Of a stretch of DNA of 49,101 bases, positions 48,583 through 49,101 are shown one piece after another. Position numbers and translations under genes: made by a program. Within the stretch, counting starts at the first letter, position 1. The number at the start of each line of letters is the position of its first letter. The DNA comes from Gomphosphaeria aponina SAG 52.96 = DSM 107014 (GTDB taxonomy: Bacteria; Cyanobacteriota; Cyanobacteriia; Cyanobacteriales; Gomphosphaeriaceae), in contig JADQBC010000004.1 in assembly GCA_016903655.1 (NCBI GenBank), positions 1-49,101 on the forward strand. Direction: 5' to 3'. Under the pieces are notes generated by a model. It saw only the letters and a program-made list of their open reading frames with translations. It was not told the DNA's origin and did not search any database.

Positions 48583-48801
48583 TCAGTTGAGTGTCTTAGG
48601 AGGTTTTGGTTTAACTCCCCGCAAACGGTAAGCGGTTGTAGGATTGCTCAGAATATACTCCTCAAAAGCCGAGTTAGCCCGATCGAGTAACTCATTAAGA
48701 GCATCTAGCTTGCGACAAACTTCCTGCCAATTCTCAACTGTTCGCTGAATTACTTCTGGAGAAGGTAATTGAGGTTTATTTTTGTTCATAATAAGTTCCA
48801 A
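48583..48801 (-). CDS. Small hypothetical protein
   Basis: 72-aa ORF with a helical core, co-oriented with its neighbours. Confidence 0.5.
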   Translation of the reverse strand: MELIMNKNKPQLPSPEVIQRTVENWQEVCRKLDALNELLDRANSAFEEYILSNPTTAYRLRGVKPKPPKTLN

Positions 48802-49060
48802 TCTTTCTTAGTTTCTAAAACAGTAGCTTCTATGGCATCAGCAGTAGCTAGTGCCTCTTCAATGGAACGATAGAATAAGTCTAACAAATCAGAAGGAGCA
48901 AATGGTTGGGATTCATAAACACGCAGCAACAGATTTCCAAGACGAGAATAGGAATTAGTTAACCTTACATTCCGCACTTCAAAATTTAGCCTAATTGATT
49001 GCCCAACATTTCCATTTGATTACTGAATTTAGGGTAGATTTTGACAAATTTGCGATCGCC
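48786..49060 (-). pseudogene. Probable truncated cyanobacterial hypothetical gene
   Basis: The C-terminal part SYSRLGNLLLRVYESQP...EATVLETKKDWNL looks like a conserved ~110-aa cyanobacterial protein (from memory). An in-frame stop lies at 49020-49022 and an N-terminus-like ANLSKSTLNSV is in another frame. Confidence 0.4.
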
Positions 49061-49101
49061 AATATCTTAAATAAGCTAAGTATAAGTACTTAATTAGCCT
49101 C

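Overview
This is a beta-cyanobacterial chromosomal segment with frequent HIP1 (GCGATCGC) sites. Its core is a CO2-concentrating-mechanism supercluster: ndhF4-ndhD4-(insert)-cupB, divergent from ccmK2-ccmK1-ccmL-ccmM-ccmN, followed by rbcL-rbcX-rbcS. It also holds pdhB, three glycosyltransferases, dnaG, a sulfiredoxin, a Pix/Tax-type phototaxis cluster (two PatA, CheY, CheW and a two-GAF DXCF cyanobacteriochrome MCP, but no CheA), TamB, argC and several hypotheticals. The most striking anomaly is a 558-aa orphan GHKL/MORC-type ATPase with foreign-looking composition, lying between ndhD4 and cupB. Upstream of it on the same strand is a promoter-driven, end-paired ~220-nt putative structured RNA. 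A second multi-hairpin putative RNA, with a palindrome-covered promoter, lies at ~290-587. Intergenic DNA is dense with small mobile or repeat elements: three MITE families, a 6-copy ~49-bp dispersed repeat, HIP1-targeted micro-insertions inside genes, REP hairpins and heptamer tandem repeats. All family assignments are by-eye motif recognition. No searches or folding programs were run.
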